Assembly: GCA_030917145.1 (NCBI GenBank)
Contig: JAUPVJ010000041.1
Location: forward strand, 1 to 31,327
DNA: 31,327 nt
Direction of reading: 5' to 3'
Source: Patescibacteria group bacterium
GTDB lineage: Bacteria; Patescibacteriota; Minisyncoccia; Phycocordibacterales; CAIRYW01
The notes beneath the pieces are model-generated. The model had not been told where the DNA came from. It made no database searches and saw only the letters and a list, made by a program, of their open reading frames with translations. Below are positions 8,008 to 20,681 of this stretch, piece by piece; the stretch's first letter is position 1, and every line of letters starts with the position of its first letter. The translations under genes and the position numbers were made by a program.

Positions 8008-9297
8008 TTATTTGTTTTTTGACGCATTTTCCCCAGCAATAAACCCGGTAGTCCAGCAAAGCTGTAAACTGTAGCCACCACTAGGTCGATCGATGTCTAA
8101 AATGTCTCCAACTACAAAAAGGTTTGAATATTTTTTAGATTTCATTGTTTTAAAATCAATTTCCGTCAAAGCGACTCCTCCAGAAGTTATGATTGCTTTT
8201 TCTTCACCTAAAAGGTTTACAACTGTAAGACGCAGATCTTTTAGTAAGTACACAAATCTTTTTCTTTCATCTTTATTTAGACTGTGTGCAAAAACTTCTT
8301 TGTCGAATTTTCCTACCTCTAACACCGCGTTTAAAACAGCTGTCGGTAAAAAGTCCGGAAGAGCATTTTTAAACTTTTTGTTTTGGTTTTCTTCAAAGAT
8401 TTTTAATATTTTTTTGTCTAGACTTCCGTGGTCAAGTGTGGGGAAGAGATCAAGTGAGATTATTGTCTCTCCGTATTTCACCATCTCGCCGATGTCTTTA
8501 CTCATGTTTAAGATTAAAGGTCCACTTAAACCAAAGTGTGTAAAAAGAATTTTTCCTTTGTTTACAAGTTGAGCTGTGTTGTTTTGGAAGACGCTTACTT
8601 TTACGTTTGGAAGACTTGTTCCTTGAAGTTTCTTGCTCCAGGCTTCTTTGGTTTCAATTGGTACAAGAGAGGGGGTTGGTGTTTTTACGCTGTGACCGAT
8701 TTTTGAAAGCCACTTAAAGCCATCTCCAGTTGAGCCAGTTTCTGGGCGTGAAAGTCCACCTGTACTTAAAATAAAGTTTGAGCCTTTTATTTTTGTTTTA
8801 TCTTTCAGCGTAATTTCTTTTATTTTCTCTCCTTCTGTGATGATCGAAGCAACTTCGCTTGAAAGCAAAACTTCCACACCTCCTTCTTTTATGTATTTTT
8901 TTAAAGTATTTAAAACAGACTCTGATTTGTTGGAAACTGGGAAAACTCTTTTTAAGTTTTCTACTTTTACTTCAAGTCCTTTCTTTGCGAAAAGCTCTAA
9001 GGTTTCTTTTACTCCAAATTGTGAAAAAGGGGAGAAGAGAAACTTGTCACTTTCACCGTATTTTTTTAGAAGAGTACGGGTGTCGTATTCAGCATTTGTG
9101 ACGTTGCATCTTCCTCCTCCTGTGATCAAAAGTTTTTTACCAAGATGTGTATTCTTTTCGATAAGTAAGACTTTAGCTCCCAGCTCTCCTGCACGCCCCG
9201 CAGCCATCATCCCTGCCGGCCCACCACCAATAACCACTACGTCATATGTGGCGGTGCTATTTTTTAGCTCTTCGATTTTAGGGGTTTTTACGGGCAT
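8008..9297 (-). CDS. HI0933/YhiN(BaiN)-family FAD-dependent oxidoreductase
   Basis: GGGPAGMMAA, GKKLLITGGGRCNVTN, TGGLSRPETGSTGDG, LFTHFGLSGP, GGYSLQLCWTTG. Confidence 0.93.
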   Translation of the reverse strand: MPVKTPKIEELKNSTATYDVVVIGGGPAGMMAAGRAGELGAKVLLIEKNTHLGKKLLITGGGRCNVTNAEYDTRTLLKKYGESDKFLFSPFSQFGVKETLELFAKKGLEVKVENLKRVFPVSNKSESVLNTLKKYIKEGGVEVLLSSEVASIITEGEKIKEITLKDKTKIKGSNFILSTGGLSRPETGSTGDGFKWLSKIGHSVKTPTPSLVPIETKEAWSKKLQGTSLPNVKVSVFQNNTAQLVNKGKILFTHFGLSGPLILNMSKDIGEMVKYGETIISLDLFPTLDHGSLDKKILKIFEENQNKKFKNALPDFLPTAVLNAVLEVGKFDKEVFAHSLNKDERKRFVYLLKDLRLTVVNLLGEEKAIITSGGVALTEIDFKTMKSKKYSNLFVVGDILDIDRPSGGYSLQLCWTTGFIAGENASKNK

Positions 9298-9321
9298 TGG
9301 GGTGCTTTCTTAGTTTTCAGG

Positions 9322-9350
9322 ATTATACTATTTTTTTGAGTGTAAGTCAA
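9322..9350 (-). promoter_or_regulatory. Near-consensus sigma70 promoter of the HI0933-family gene
   Basis: Minus strand TTGACT-17-TATAAT. Confidence 0.8.
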
Positions 9351-9424
9351 TGTTATTTTAAGTGTCTTATTTTTAAACTCCACTGCAAAATACTCACATG
9401 TCAATCGTGTAATAGGGTACTTAA

Positions 9425-12455
<3,031 letters not shown>

Positions 12456-12462
<7 letters not shown>

Positions 12463-12493
12463 AAAATCCCCCGAAAGGGGGATTTTTTAATTA
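12456..12493. terminator. Bidirectional terminator between the CapA and CARDB genes
   Basis: Perfect 17-bp stem taattaaaaaatccccc-gaaa-gggggattttttaatta. Confidence 0.92.
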
Positions 12494-12498
12494 TTTTT

Positions 12499-14247
12499 TT
12501 AGTTGTCTATTTCAACACGTTCAGAGTCTTCGTTGTTGCTTTCACTTTTTTCTTTTACATCAGTGTCGCTGTCCACTTCAACTGTTAGTGTTTGTTTGCC
12601 TCTTTTTGGATCATCGATTCCGACTAGAAACACTCGTCTCTCACCGGGAGCAAAAGAAGAAACATTTTTGATTTGGTAATTGTCGTTGTCATCATTTGGA
12701 AGACGAACTTCGATCTCAAAAGTTCCCGTACTTTCTCCGCCAGTATTTTCTACTTCGAAACGCACACCCACTGTGTCGTTGTTGTCGATATTGTTGGTTT
12801 CTCGGAAACTATTTCCATTTAAAGTTCCGACCGCTAAAATTCGTACTTTTAAATCAGCTTTTCCGGTAGAGTAGTTGTAATTGTACCCTCCATTATAATT
12901 GTAGTTATTGTTTGAATAGCTTCCAACATTCGGTACAGGAATCAAAAGAGTGTTGTTGCCTGCGTTTAAGTCGCTTGAAGAGATCAATGTGATTGAGATT
13001 TGATTTGCACTCCCATCAAATTGGTCAAAGCCCATAGTCATTTCATAAACATCTCCAGGTCGAAGACTTGGCTGATTTAGAGATGAGAAGTTTTTATCTG
13101 CAAAGTTTGCTGTTGGAAGTATTGAAGAGATACCCCAAGCTCCAGATGGTGAAGTTCCGATATTTTTTACTCGAAGACGCACCAACACTCTATCTCCATA
13201 TTGTGCTCCAGAAATATCCCTTAGTTGTGCATTTGAAGTGTTCATAACACTTGCTTGTACAAGGGAAATTGAGAGATCTGGATTTCCATAATAAGTAGGA
13301 GTAGATGGCGCAGAAGAATATGATCCTGTATTTGTTGTAGTTACAGGTTTCGTTGTGTTTGTTGTGGGAGCGTCGTAACTTCCTATGGTCGCAGATGTGG
13401 GTGTAGTTGTAGAAACCGGAGCTTCGTAATTTGGATTATAAAGCGTACCTGTAGTTGTAACTTTTGTTTCGGTTTCTTTCTTTTGCACTACAGAAACTTT
13501 TTCTGTGTCGCTTGAGATTAGTTTTTCTTGATTCTTGTCAAAAAAAGAAATTGTCATAGGAAGAGTAAGTTTCGAAGCAGAATTTGAAGAAACATAAAAT
13601 CCGTACTCACCTGTAGCTACGTTTGGAAGAGGGAAGCTTGTGCCACAAACAACAGGCTTTTTATCTCCACCTACGGCATCGTAAAAGACCGTAAGGCCTG
13701 GTGTACATGCAAAACTCCAGAAGTATGTACCTTCTTCAGTTGAGGGGTTTTTCCATTTGAAAGTTAGTTTTTCTCCACTTGCAATTTCATTGGGCTCATC
13801 TACAAAAGAAACTTTGTTTCCTCCAAGCAGAGTTGAAAAGTAAGTTGTTGCACCAGAAATCGCTTTCGGTACGAAACGCACAATTGCGATACTTGCAATA
13901 AGAAGTATGATTATTACTAGAAGAAAAATTAGAGGTTTGATGTACTTCATAATCTCAGATTGTTTTTCTTCTGAGGTGTTGCCGTGAGCACCGTGAGAGT
14001 CGTGACCGTGATCGCTTGCGTGAGCGTCGGCACTGTGATCAATGTGCTTTTCTCCATGAGAGTGACTTGAAGTTATTTCATGAGAGACCTCACTTGATTG
14101 TCCTGGATAGAGATTTTTAGATATCAAAATTTCCTTTAGGCTGTTTTGTTCATTTTCTTTGAACAAGTCTAAAGAGTCATGGTTTCCGTTTCCATTATTT
14201 CCGTTACTATTCCATCCGTTTTGATGTGAGTCGTGTGAATTTTGCAT
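12499..14247 (-). CDS. Single-pass surface protein: His-rich cytoplasmic tail, TM helix, Ig-like domain, T-rich linker, two CARDB-like domains
   Basis: TM PLIFLLVIIILLIASIAIV; PDLSISL..VRLRVKNIG; ADLKVRIL..VRFEVENTGG..TLTVEVDSDTDVKEKSESNN. Confidence 0.8.
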   Translation of the reverse strand: MQNSHDSHQNGWNSNGNNGNGNHDSLDLFKENEQNSLKEILISKNLYPGQSSEVSHEITSSHSHGEKHIDHSADAHASDHGHDSHGAHGNTSEEKQSEIMKYIKPLIFLLVIIILLIASIAIVRFVPKAISGATTYFSTLLGGNKVSFVDEPNEIASGEKLTFKWKNPSTEEGTYFWSFACTPGLTVFYDAVGGDKKPVVCGTSFPLPNVATGEYGFYVSSNSASKLTLPMTISFFDKNQEKLISSDTEKVSVVQKKETETKVTTTGTLYNPNYEAPVSTTTPTSATIGSYDAPTTNTTKPVTTTNTGSYSSAPSTPTYYGNPDLSISLVQASVMNTSNAQLRDISGAQYGDRVLVRLRVKNIGTSPSGAWGISSILPTANFADKNFSSLNQPSLRPGDVYEMTMGFDQFDGSANQISITLISSSDLNAGNNTLLIPVPNVGSYSNNNYNYNGGYNYNYSTGKADLKVRILAVGTLNGNSFRETNNIDNNDTVGVRFEVENTGGESTGTFEIEVRLPNDDNDNYQIKNVSSFAPGERRVFLVGIDDPKRGKQTLTVEVDSDTDVKEKSESNNEDSERVEIDN

Positions 14248-14273
14248 ATTTTTAAAATATATTGATTACCAGC

Positions 14274-14302
14274 ATTATATTGCGTTTACGCTAAAATGTC
14301 AA
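14274..14302 (-). promoter_or_regulatory. Perfect consensus promoter of the CARDB gene
   Basis: Minus strand TTGACA-17-TATAAT. Confidence 0.85.
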
Positions 14303-14310
14303 GTAATTAA

Positions 14311-14339
14311 TTGACTTTGACCTTAAAAAATGATATAAT
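14311..14339 (+). promoter_or_regulatory. Promoter of the sortase gene (leaderless type)
   Basis: TTGACT(14311-16)-17-TATAAT(14334-39) with TGn; ATG follows 7 nt later. Confidence 0.8.
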
Positions 14340-14346
14340 TAAAAAA

Positions 14347-15015
14347 ATGAAAAAAAGCTTTAAAAATAACAATAAAACTGATTACGTCGTATTTATACTA
14401 TGGTTTGTGGTAATTTTTGCGCTCTCTTTTTCTTTGCTTTTTACTCTCGGTCTAGTGCCAAGTGAGCTTTCAGAAGACGGAGGAAACTCGTTTTTAAGCA
14501 ACCTTCGTACCAAAACAATTGAAAATGTTTCAAATTTAGATGGAGAAATTAAAAATACTCCAAGGGAAAAAGGGGAAGAGCCACTGCGGGTTTATATTCC
14601 CAAAATTGGCACCGATGTTACAATCTCAAATCCAAAAACAACCGATGTTGTGGTCTTAGACGAATATCTGAAAAAAGGAGTTGTGCGATACGATGGCTCT
14701 GGCCTTTTAGGCGATGGAAATATGCTTCTTTTTGGACACAGCTCAAGTCTTGCTCAAGTTGTAAACAAAGCGTACAAAGCTTTCAATGGATTTCCAAAGC
14801 TTGTGAAGGGTGATTTGGTTTACATAGATTCAGAAAATTTTCGATATGTTTATAAAGTTGAAACTGTAAAGACTGTGGATTCAACTACTGCTCTTGTAGA
14901 ATTTTCTTCAGATAAAAACATGGTCACTCTTTCTACTTGTAACACCTTCGGTAAAAAACAAGAAAGAAATATAGTAGAAGCAGTCTTCTCTCACAAAGAA
15001 TCAAAAACTTTGTAA
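14347..15015 (+). CDS. Sortase-family transpeptidase
   Basis: N-terminal TM; catalytic His (LFGHSS), TLSTC and Arg (ERNIV). Start revised from TTG 14311, which lies in the -35 box, to ATG 14347. Confidence 0.88.
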   Translation: MKKSFKNNNKTDYVVFILWFVVIFALSFSLLFTLGLVPSELSEDGGNSFLSNLRTKTIENVSNLDGEIKNTPREKGEEPLRVYIPKIGTDVTISNPKTTDVVVLDEYLKKGVVRYDGSGLLGDGNMLLFGHSSSLAQVVNKAYKAFNGFPKLVKGDLVYIDSENFRYVYKVETVKTVDSTTALVEFSSDKNMVTLSTCNTFGKKQERNIVEAVFSHKESKTL

Positions 15016-15020
15016 AAAAT

Positions 15021-15047
15021 AAAACCCGCAAAATCTATGCGGGTTTT
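15021..15047. terminator. Bidirectional terminator
   Basis: aaaacccgca-aaatcta-tgcgggtttt; the loop contains the stop codon of the convergent ORF. Confidence 0.85.
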
Positions 15048-15325
15048 TTGTCGAGGTCCATCATGCTCATGTTCTTTGGAAAGATCAAGGAGAAGCGTGG
15101 AGCTTTTCTGCCTAGTTGGCTTTCAACGAGTCTCATTAATTCTGCAATTCGGAGCCCCTCATTGTCTGGTAAAGCGTTCCACTCCCTGACCAGAAGGGGT
15201 GCCAACGTTCTTTTGAGTATGTTGGCGGATTCTCTAGTGAGCGGGGCGTTGAAGAGAATCATGAACAGGATTTTACCTTTCTTGAGGACAGGCAAAATCT
15301 CCACAGGGTCTTGTTTTTTAGCCAT
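15035..15325 (-). CDS. Small hypothetical protein (96 aa, MAKKQDPVEILP...)
   Basis: ORF track, start revised to ATG 15325. Preceded by TTTACA-16-TATGTT with TGn; higher GC than the flanks. Confidence 0.6.
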   Translation of the reverse strand: MAKKQDPVEILPVLKKGKILFMILFNAPLTRESANILKRTLAPLLVREWNALPDNEGLRIAELMRLVESQLGRKAPRFSLIFPKNMSMMDLDKKPA

Positions 15326-15372
15326 AGCTAAAACAAAACATACCATAAGCTTTTTATTTGTAAATACTAAAC

Positions 15373-17109
15373 TTAGAGACTCTTTTCTTTAATTTCTTTT
15401 GCGAGCTTGGAGATTGTTTCGTCTAAAGAGAGATCAAATTTTTCAGTCCGGCCTTCAAGTGTCACTCGTTTGCTTTCTACTTCTTTTTTACCAATGACTG
15501 CAACATATGGAACTTTTTCCATTTTTGCATTTCTGATTTTTTTACCGAGTGATTCGTTTGATTCATCTATTTCATATCGGATGTCGTTTTCAGCAAGGAG
15601 AGATGTAAAGCTTTTTGCGTATTCAATTTCGTTTTCACCAATTGGTACGATCTTTACTTGCACAGGGGAGAGCCAAAGCGGAAACGCTCCAGCAAAGTGT
15701 TCGATTAGAACTCCCATAAATCTTTCGAGCGACCCAGAAATTGCTCGGTGAATCACAACAGGTCTTTCTTTTTCCCCTTTGTTATTTACAAATGAAAGAT
15801 TGAAACGTTCAGGAAGATTGAAGTCGCATTGAATTGTTGCTAGTTGCCATTCACGACCGATTGCATCCTTAAACATAAAATCTAGTTTTGGACCATAAAA
15901 AGCTGCTTCATTTTTTGCTTCTTTGTAAGGTAGTTTTTTTGTTTCGCAGATATTTTTTAGTGTCGCTTCGGCTTTGTTCCAAACTTCATCAGATCCTAGG
16001 TATGCACTTTTATCTTCACCTCGTAGTGACAATCGTACAAAGTATTCGTCGATCATTCCAAAAGTTTCGTAGAATTTTTTTATGATATCCACAATCACAC
16101 CTGCTTCTTCTTCGATTTGTGAGACTGCGCAAAATAGGTGACCGTCGTCTTGTGTAATTGCACGCACTCTTGTGAGTCCTCCTAGTTGTCCAGATTTTTC
16201 ATCTCTGTAAATTGTTGCTGGTTCAAAATATCTTACTGGCATATCCTTGTATGAGAATTGATTGTCCGCAAAAATTTGCATGTGATGAGGACAATTCATG
16301 GGTTTCATTATGAATTTTTCTTCTTTACCTTGAACTCTAAAAAGTTCGTCACCGAACTTTGCTGCGTGCCCTGATGTTTCGTACAGAGCTTCTTTTGCTA
16401 TGTGGGGAGTCCACACACGAGAATATCCTTTTCCTTTGTGTAGTTGCCAAAGAAAATCTTCAATTTCTTTTCTGATGACCATTCCCTTTGGTTGCATGAG
16501 GGGAAGCCCAGAACCAATCAGTGGAGAAAGTGTAAAAAGTTTTAAAGCAGGTCCTAAAATTTTATGATCTCTTTTTCGCGCTTCTTCTTGTTGTACTTCG
16601 TAAGCTTCCAATTCTTCTTTTGTGTTAAAAGCGAGCCCGTAAATCCGAGTAAGCATTTTGTTTTTCTCGTCTCCGCGCCAGTAAGCTCCTGCGATCCGAG
16701 AAAGTTTAAAAGAGTCTGTAGTGATTTCTTTTGCAGGATTTTCTGTGTGTCCTCCACGGCAAAGATCTGTAAAATTGCCACAAGTGTAAAATGTGATTTT
16801 CTCACCTTTGTCTACGATTTCATTGATGAGTTCTAGTTTGTATGGGTTTTGAGAAAAATATTTTTCCGCTTCTTCTTTTGTTTTTTCTTCATGAGAAAAT
16901 TTTTCCCAAGAAGAAAGATTGTCTTTCATTTTCTTTTCGATCTTTTCTAAGTCAGAGTCTGTGATAGGAGAAGGGAATTCAAAGTCGTAATAAAAACCGT
17001 TGTCGATCGCAGGACCGATTGTGTTTTTTGTATTTGGGTAAAGTTCTAAAACAGCACTTGCTAGCAAGTGGGCGAGAGTGTGTCTTTTGTTTTCTATGTT
17101 TGTTTCCAT
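15373..17109 (-). CDS. thrS: Threonine-tRNA ligase (no N-terminal TGS domain)
   Basis: RHTLAHLL, DLCRGGH, GAYWRGDE, KPMNCPHH, LTRVRAITQDDGH, AAFYGPKLD, HRAISGSLERF. Likely start ATG 17109, 7 nt after TGaTATGCT. Confidence 0.97.
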   Translation of the reverse strand: METNIENKRHTLAHLLASAVLELYPNTKNTIGPAIDNGFYYDFEFPSPITDSDLEKIEKKMKDNLSSWEKFSHEEKTKEEAEKYFSQNPYKLELINEIVDKGEKITFYTCGNFTDLCRGGHTENPAKEITTDSFKLSRIAGAYWRGDEKNKMLTRIYGLAFNTKEELEAYEVQQEEARKRDHKILGPALKLFTLSPLIGSGLPLMQPKGMVIRKEIEDFLWQLHKGKGYSRVWTPHIAKEALYETSGHAAKFGDELFRVQGKEEKFIMKPMNCPHHMQIFADNQFSYKDMPVRYFEPATIYRDEKSGQLGGLTRVRAITQDDGHLFCAVSQIEEEAGVIVDIIKKFYETFGMIDEYFVRLSLRGEDKSAYLGSDEVWNKAEATLKNICETKKLPYKEAKNEAAFYGPKLDFMFKDAIGREWQLATIQCDFNLPERFNLSFVNNKGEKERPVVIHRAISGSLERFMGVLIEHFAGAFPLWLSPVQVKIVPIGENEIEYAKSFTSLLAENDIRYEIDESNESLGKKIRNAKMEKVPYVAVIGKKEVESKRVTLEGRTEKFDLSLDETISKLAKEIKEKSL

Positions 17110-17159
17110 AGGGGAAAGCATATCAGATTTTTGGAGTAATAAAAATAGCCTTAAAAGAG

Positions 17160-20100
17160 TTAGATTTTTCTGATCTTTTCTGCAAGGAGAGAAACTCCAC
17201 CATTTCGGAGAGATATTTTTCCTTCGATTGCTATGCAGTTTTCGCCATCAAAAATTTTCTTTGTGTTTTCATAAATTTCAGGGAAAAGCACTACTTCCAT
17301 TGTGGTGCTAAAATCTGCCATTTTTACGAAGGCCATGAGGTCTCCTTTTTTTGTGCGGATTTCTTTCATCTCTGCACAAACTCCAAGTATCATCTGCGCT
17401 TGTCCTTCTTTTGGATTTTCTAAAACTTTTGCAATTGAAATTCCTTTTGATTGCATTTTTTCTCTAAATTTATCAAGTGGGTGCCCAGAAATATAAAGAC
17501 CAAGGAGTTCCTTTTCCCATCTTAATTGTTCGTTTTGAGGAAGAGGCTCACTGTCTCGAAGTGTTATTTTGTCTCCTCCCACAATGCTACCAAAAAGAGA
17601 ATCTTGCGCACTATTTTTTTCATTTTCTCTGTTAAATTCCAAAAGAATATCAATGTTATGAAAAAGTTTTCCACGATCTTCAAAGAGATCGAGCGCCCCA
17701 CACTTTACTAAAGCCTCTAGAGATTTTTTGTTTAGATTTCTGTCTTGAACTCTTTTTAGAAAATCTTCAAGAGAAGAAAATTTTCCACGAGCTTTTCTTT
17801 CTTCGATAATTGCCGCTGCGATTCCTTCACCAAAGTTTTTTACAGATGTTAGTCCAAAGCGAATATTTTCTTTTCCGTTTTCGTCTTTTACAATTGTAAA
17901 TCCTTCAAAGCTTTCGTTTATGTCTGGTGGTAAAACTTGTATCCCGATTCTTTTACATTCAGCTACGGAGATCGCTACTTTGTCGACGTCTCCGGATTCG
18001 TGTGTGAGAACTGAACTCATGTACTCAGCAGGGAAGTTGGCTTTGAGGTAAGCGGTGATGTAAGCCACGCGCCCATAAGACACAGAGTGGGCTTTGTTGA
18101 AGGCGTAAGAAGCAAAAGGTTCAATCCATGTCCAAAGTTCACGTGCTTTTTTCTCGGGCCATTTGCTGTATTCAACACAACCTTTTATAAATTTTTCTTT
18201 TTGCTCCGCCATTTCTTTTGGAATCTTTTTTCCTACAGCTTTTCGGAATTTGTCTACTTCTCCCCAAGTGTAACCTGCGATTTTGTTGGCCATCATCAAA
18301 AGGTCGTCTTGGTAAACCAAGACTCCGTAAGTTTTCCGCAAGATCGGTTCAAGAACTGGATCAAGATATTTTACTTTTGAACTGTCGTGTTTACATTCGA
18401 TGTAAACCGGAATAAATTGCATCGGTCCAGGTCGGTAAAGAGCTACCATCGCATTGATGTCGTGAATTGTTGTAGGTTTAAGGTCAACTAAAAATCTTGT
18501 CATTCCATCTCCGTTTAGCTGGAAAAGATCTTCAGTTTCTCCTCGCGCGAGCATTGCAAAAGTTTTTGCATCGTCGATTGGAATCGTGTCGATATCGATC
18601 TTTGCTCCTTTTAGTTTTTCAGCAAGGCGCAAAGTGTCGGCAATGATCGAAAGGTTTTTAAGTCCCAAGAAGTCGAATTTCAAAAGTCCAGCGTTTTCTT
18701 CGTCGATTGAATACATGTCGTACTGAGTAATAATTTTTCCTTCTCCTTTTGGATCAAATTGAAGAGGGGTAACTTCTGTAAGGGGAATCGGGGCGATCAC
18801 AACTCCCGCAGCATGCACCGAGATGTGTCGTGCACAACCTTCGATTTTTTTTGCCATATCAATAATGTTTTTTACAACCTCATCTTTTTTGTACAATTCT
18901 TTTAGTTCTGCCGCTTCTTCAAGCGCTCGCTCTAAAGTCATTGGAAATCCTTGGCTACCCATTGGTACCATTTTTGCGATTTTGTCTCCGGTTGCTACAT
19001 CGTGTCCGAGAGCTCGCGTGATGTCGCGCACACTTCCACGAGCCGCCATCGTTCCGAAAGTTCCGATCTGTGCTACGTATTCTTTTCCGTATTTTTGTCG
19101 AGCGTACTCTACCATTTCATCTCGACGGTTATCGGCGTAGTCCATGTCGATGTCGGGAGCAGAAGGTCGGTCAGGGTTTAAGAATCGTTCAAAAGGAATT
19201 TCGTATTCAAGCGGGTTGATGTTTGTAATCCCTGAAAGGTAAGTTACAAGCGATCCGGATACAGAACCTCTAATGTTTGAAAGAATAAAGTTTTCTTTTG
19301 CATGTCTTAAAAGATCAGCTACCACCAAAAAGTATGGTGAGTAACCTTTAGTTTTGATTACGCTTAGTTCGTATTCAGCTCGCTCTAAAACTTCCGGAGT
19401 TTTTTCTACGCTCCTTCTTTCAAATCCTGCAAACACGATGTCACGAAAAGCATCGTCGTAAGTTTTTCCTGGAGCCAAATCAATTTTTGGAAACATCCAT
19501 TTTCCAAGCGGAATTTCGAGGTTGCATTTTTCTACAATTTTTTCGCAGTTTGAAAGTGCTTCTGGAATATTTTTAAAAAACTTACTGGCTTCTTTTTGTG
19601 TGATAAAAGAAAAATCCGCCTCGTCGTCGTTTGAACTTGCCGTAAAACTTTTTTGTACAGAAAGGAGTGTTGTGCGCGCTTTTCGATCATCTTTTTCTAT
19701 ATAGTAGACGTCGTGAGCTGCGACAAGTGGAATATTTTCTTTTTTTGCAAACTCCACAAGCTTTTCCATTCTTTCAGGAAAACCGTCAATCTCTTCGTGG
19801 TGTGTAATTTCTATATAAAAATCTTCCCCGTAAACTTTTTTATAAAATTCTGCCCAATCGTGTGCCAACTCCTCATTTCCATTTTTAAGTGCAAGAGAAA
19901 TTTCTCCACTAAAAGAAGGGGATATAGCAACCAACCCTTCAGAGTATTTTTCTATGAGTTCCTTGTCGAGGCGGGGTCGGTAGTAAAATCCTTCAAAATG
20001 AGAATCGGTAACTAGTTTGATTAAGTTTTTGTAACCAACTAAATCTTTTGCAAGTAAAACAAGACGAGTTCTTTTGTTGTCGATTTTTGGTTCGCGGTCG

Positions 20101-20327
20101 AAGCGAGTTCGGTTTGCTACATAAAAATCTACACCAAGAATTGGTTTGATTTCAGCTTTTTTACATTCTTTGTAAAACTCGATCGCTCCGTAAAGGTTTC
20201 CAGCGTCAGTTAAAGCCACAGCTTCCATGCCATTGTCTTTGGTTGCTTTGATGATGTCAGGAATCTTAGGAAGCGCCTGTAAAAGGGAGTAGTGGCTGTG
20301 TAAATGAAGATGTGTAAATTTCGACAT
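17160..20327 (-). CDS. dnaE: DNA polymerase III alpha subunit
   Basis: PHP domain, FERFLNPDR..PDIDMD, SVHAAGVVI, KFDFLGLKNL, ALYRPGP, YAFNKAHS, LGLYISGHP, C-terminal OB fold. Confidence 0.98.
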   Translation of the reverse strand: MSKFTHLHLHSHYSLLQALPKIPDIIKATKDNGMEAVALTDAGNLYGAIEFYKECKKAEIKPILGVDFYVANRTRFDREPKIDNKRTRLVLLAKDLVGYKNLIKLVTDSHFEGFYYRPRLDKELIEKYSEGLVAISPSFSGEISLALKNGNEELAHDWAEFYKKVYGEDFYIEITHHEEIDGFPERMEKLVEFAKKENIPLVAAHDVYYIEKDDRKARTTLLSVQKSFTASSNDDEADFSFITQKEASKFFKNIPEALSNCEKIVEKCNLEIPLGKWMFPKIDLAPGKTYDDAFRDIVFAGFERRSVEKTPEVLERAEYELSVIKTKGYSPYFLVVADLLRHAKENFILSNIRGSVSGSLVTYLSGITNINPLEYEIPFERFLNPDRPSAPDIDMDYADNRRDEMVEYARQKYGKEYVAQIGTFGTMAARGSVRDITRALGHDVATGDKIAKMVPMGSQGFPMTLERALEEAAELKELYKKDEVVKNIIDMAKKIEGCARHISVHAAGVVIAPIPLTEVTPLQFDPKGEGKIITQYDMYSIDEENAGLLKFDFLGLKNLSIIADTLRLAEKLKGAKIDIDTIPIDDAKTFAMLARGETEDLFQLNGDGMTRFLVDLKPTTIHDINAMVALYRPGPMQFIPVYIECKHDSSKVKYLDPVLEPILRKTYGVLVYQDDLLMMANKIAGYTWGEVDKFRKAVGKKIPKEMAEQKEKFIKGCVEYSKWPEKKARELWTWIEPFASYAFNKAHSVSYGRVAYITAYLKANFPAEYMSSVLTHESGDVDKVAISVAECKRIGIQVLPPDINESFEGFTIVKDENGKENIRFGLTSVKNFGEGIAAAIIEERKARGKFSSLEDFLKRVQDRNLNKKSLEALVKCGALDLFEDRGKLFHNIDILLEFNRENEKNSAQDSLFGSIVGGDKITLRDSEPLPQNEQLRWEKELLGLYISGHPLDKFREKMQSKGISIAKVLENPKEGQAQMILGVCAEMKEIRTKKGDLMAFVKMADFSTTMEVVLFPEIYENTKKIFDGENCIAIEGKISLRNGGVSLLAEKIRKI

Positions 20328-20359
20328 GGATAGATTTTAACATACCAAAAAGAATTTGT

Positions 20360-20387
20360 TTGACTTTGAGGGATTGAAGTATAAAGT
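20360..20387 (+). promoter_or_regulatory. Promoter of the 83-aa ORF, divergent from dnaE
   Basis: TTGACT(20360-65)-16-TAAAGT(20382-87). Confidence 0.5.
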
Positions 20388-20408
20388 AGTAGCGAACCAC
20401 CATTCTTT

Positions 20409-20660
20409 ATGACAACTTGTTTTCATTTACATGGAACGCCCGACATTCGGACTCCCGAACTTCTTGCGCTTGTACCTCAACCACCAAGTGTAATGAGGAT
20501 TGAGCCGATCACAAACCCTGAGGGTTTTGTGGTGAGAATCCTTGTGACCTTTAAGGGCTCGATGGACGAAGGTCTAAGTGGTACCCTTGAGCGGTCCGGG
20601 TACCACCAGGAAAAACCTCCCGAGCCAGAGGAGGAAGAAATTGAAAAAGACGGAAGCTGA
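20409..20660 (+). CDS. Small hypothetical protein (83 aa, acidic tail)
   Basis: ORF track; own promoter; TGA lies within a terminator stem. Confidence 0.65.
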   Translation: MTTCFHLHGTPDIRTPELLALVPQPPSVMRIEPITNPEGFVVRILVTFKGSMDEGLSGTLERSGYHQEKPPEPEEEEIEKDGS

Positions 20661-20680
20661 GAAATCAGCTTATTTTTTTT
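20654..20680 (+). terminator. Intrinsic terminator
   Basis: aagctga-gaaa-tcagctt followed by a T-run. Confidence 0.8.
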
Positions 20681-20681
20681 G

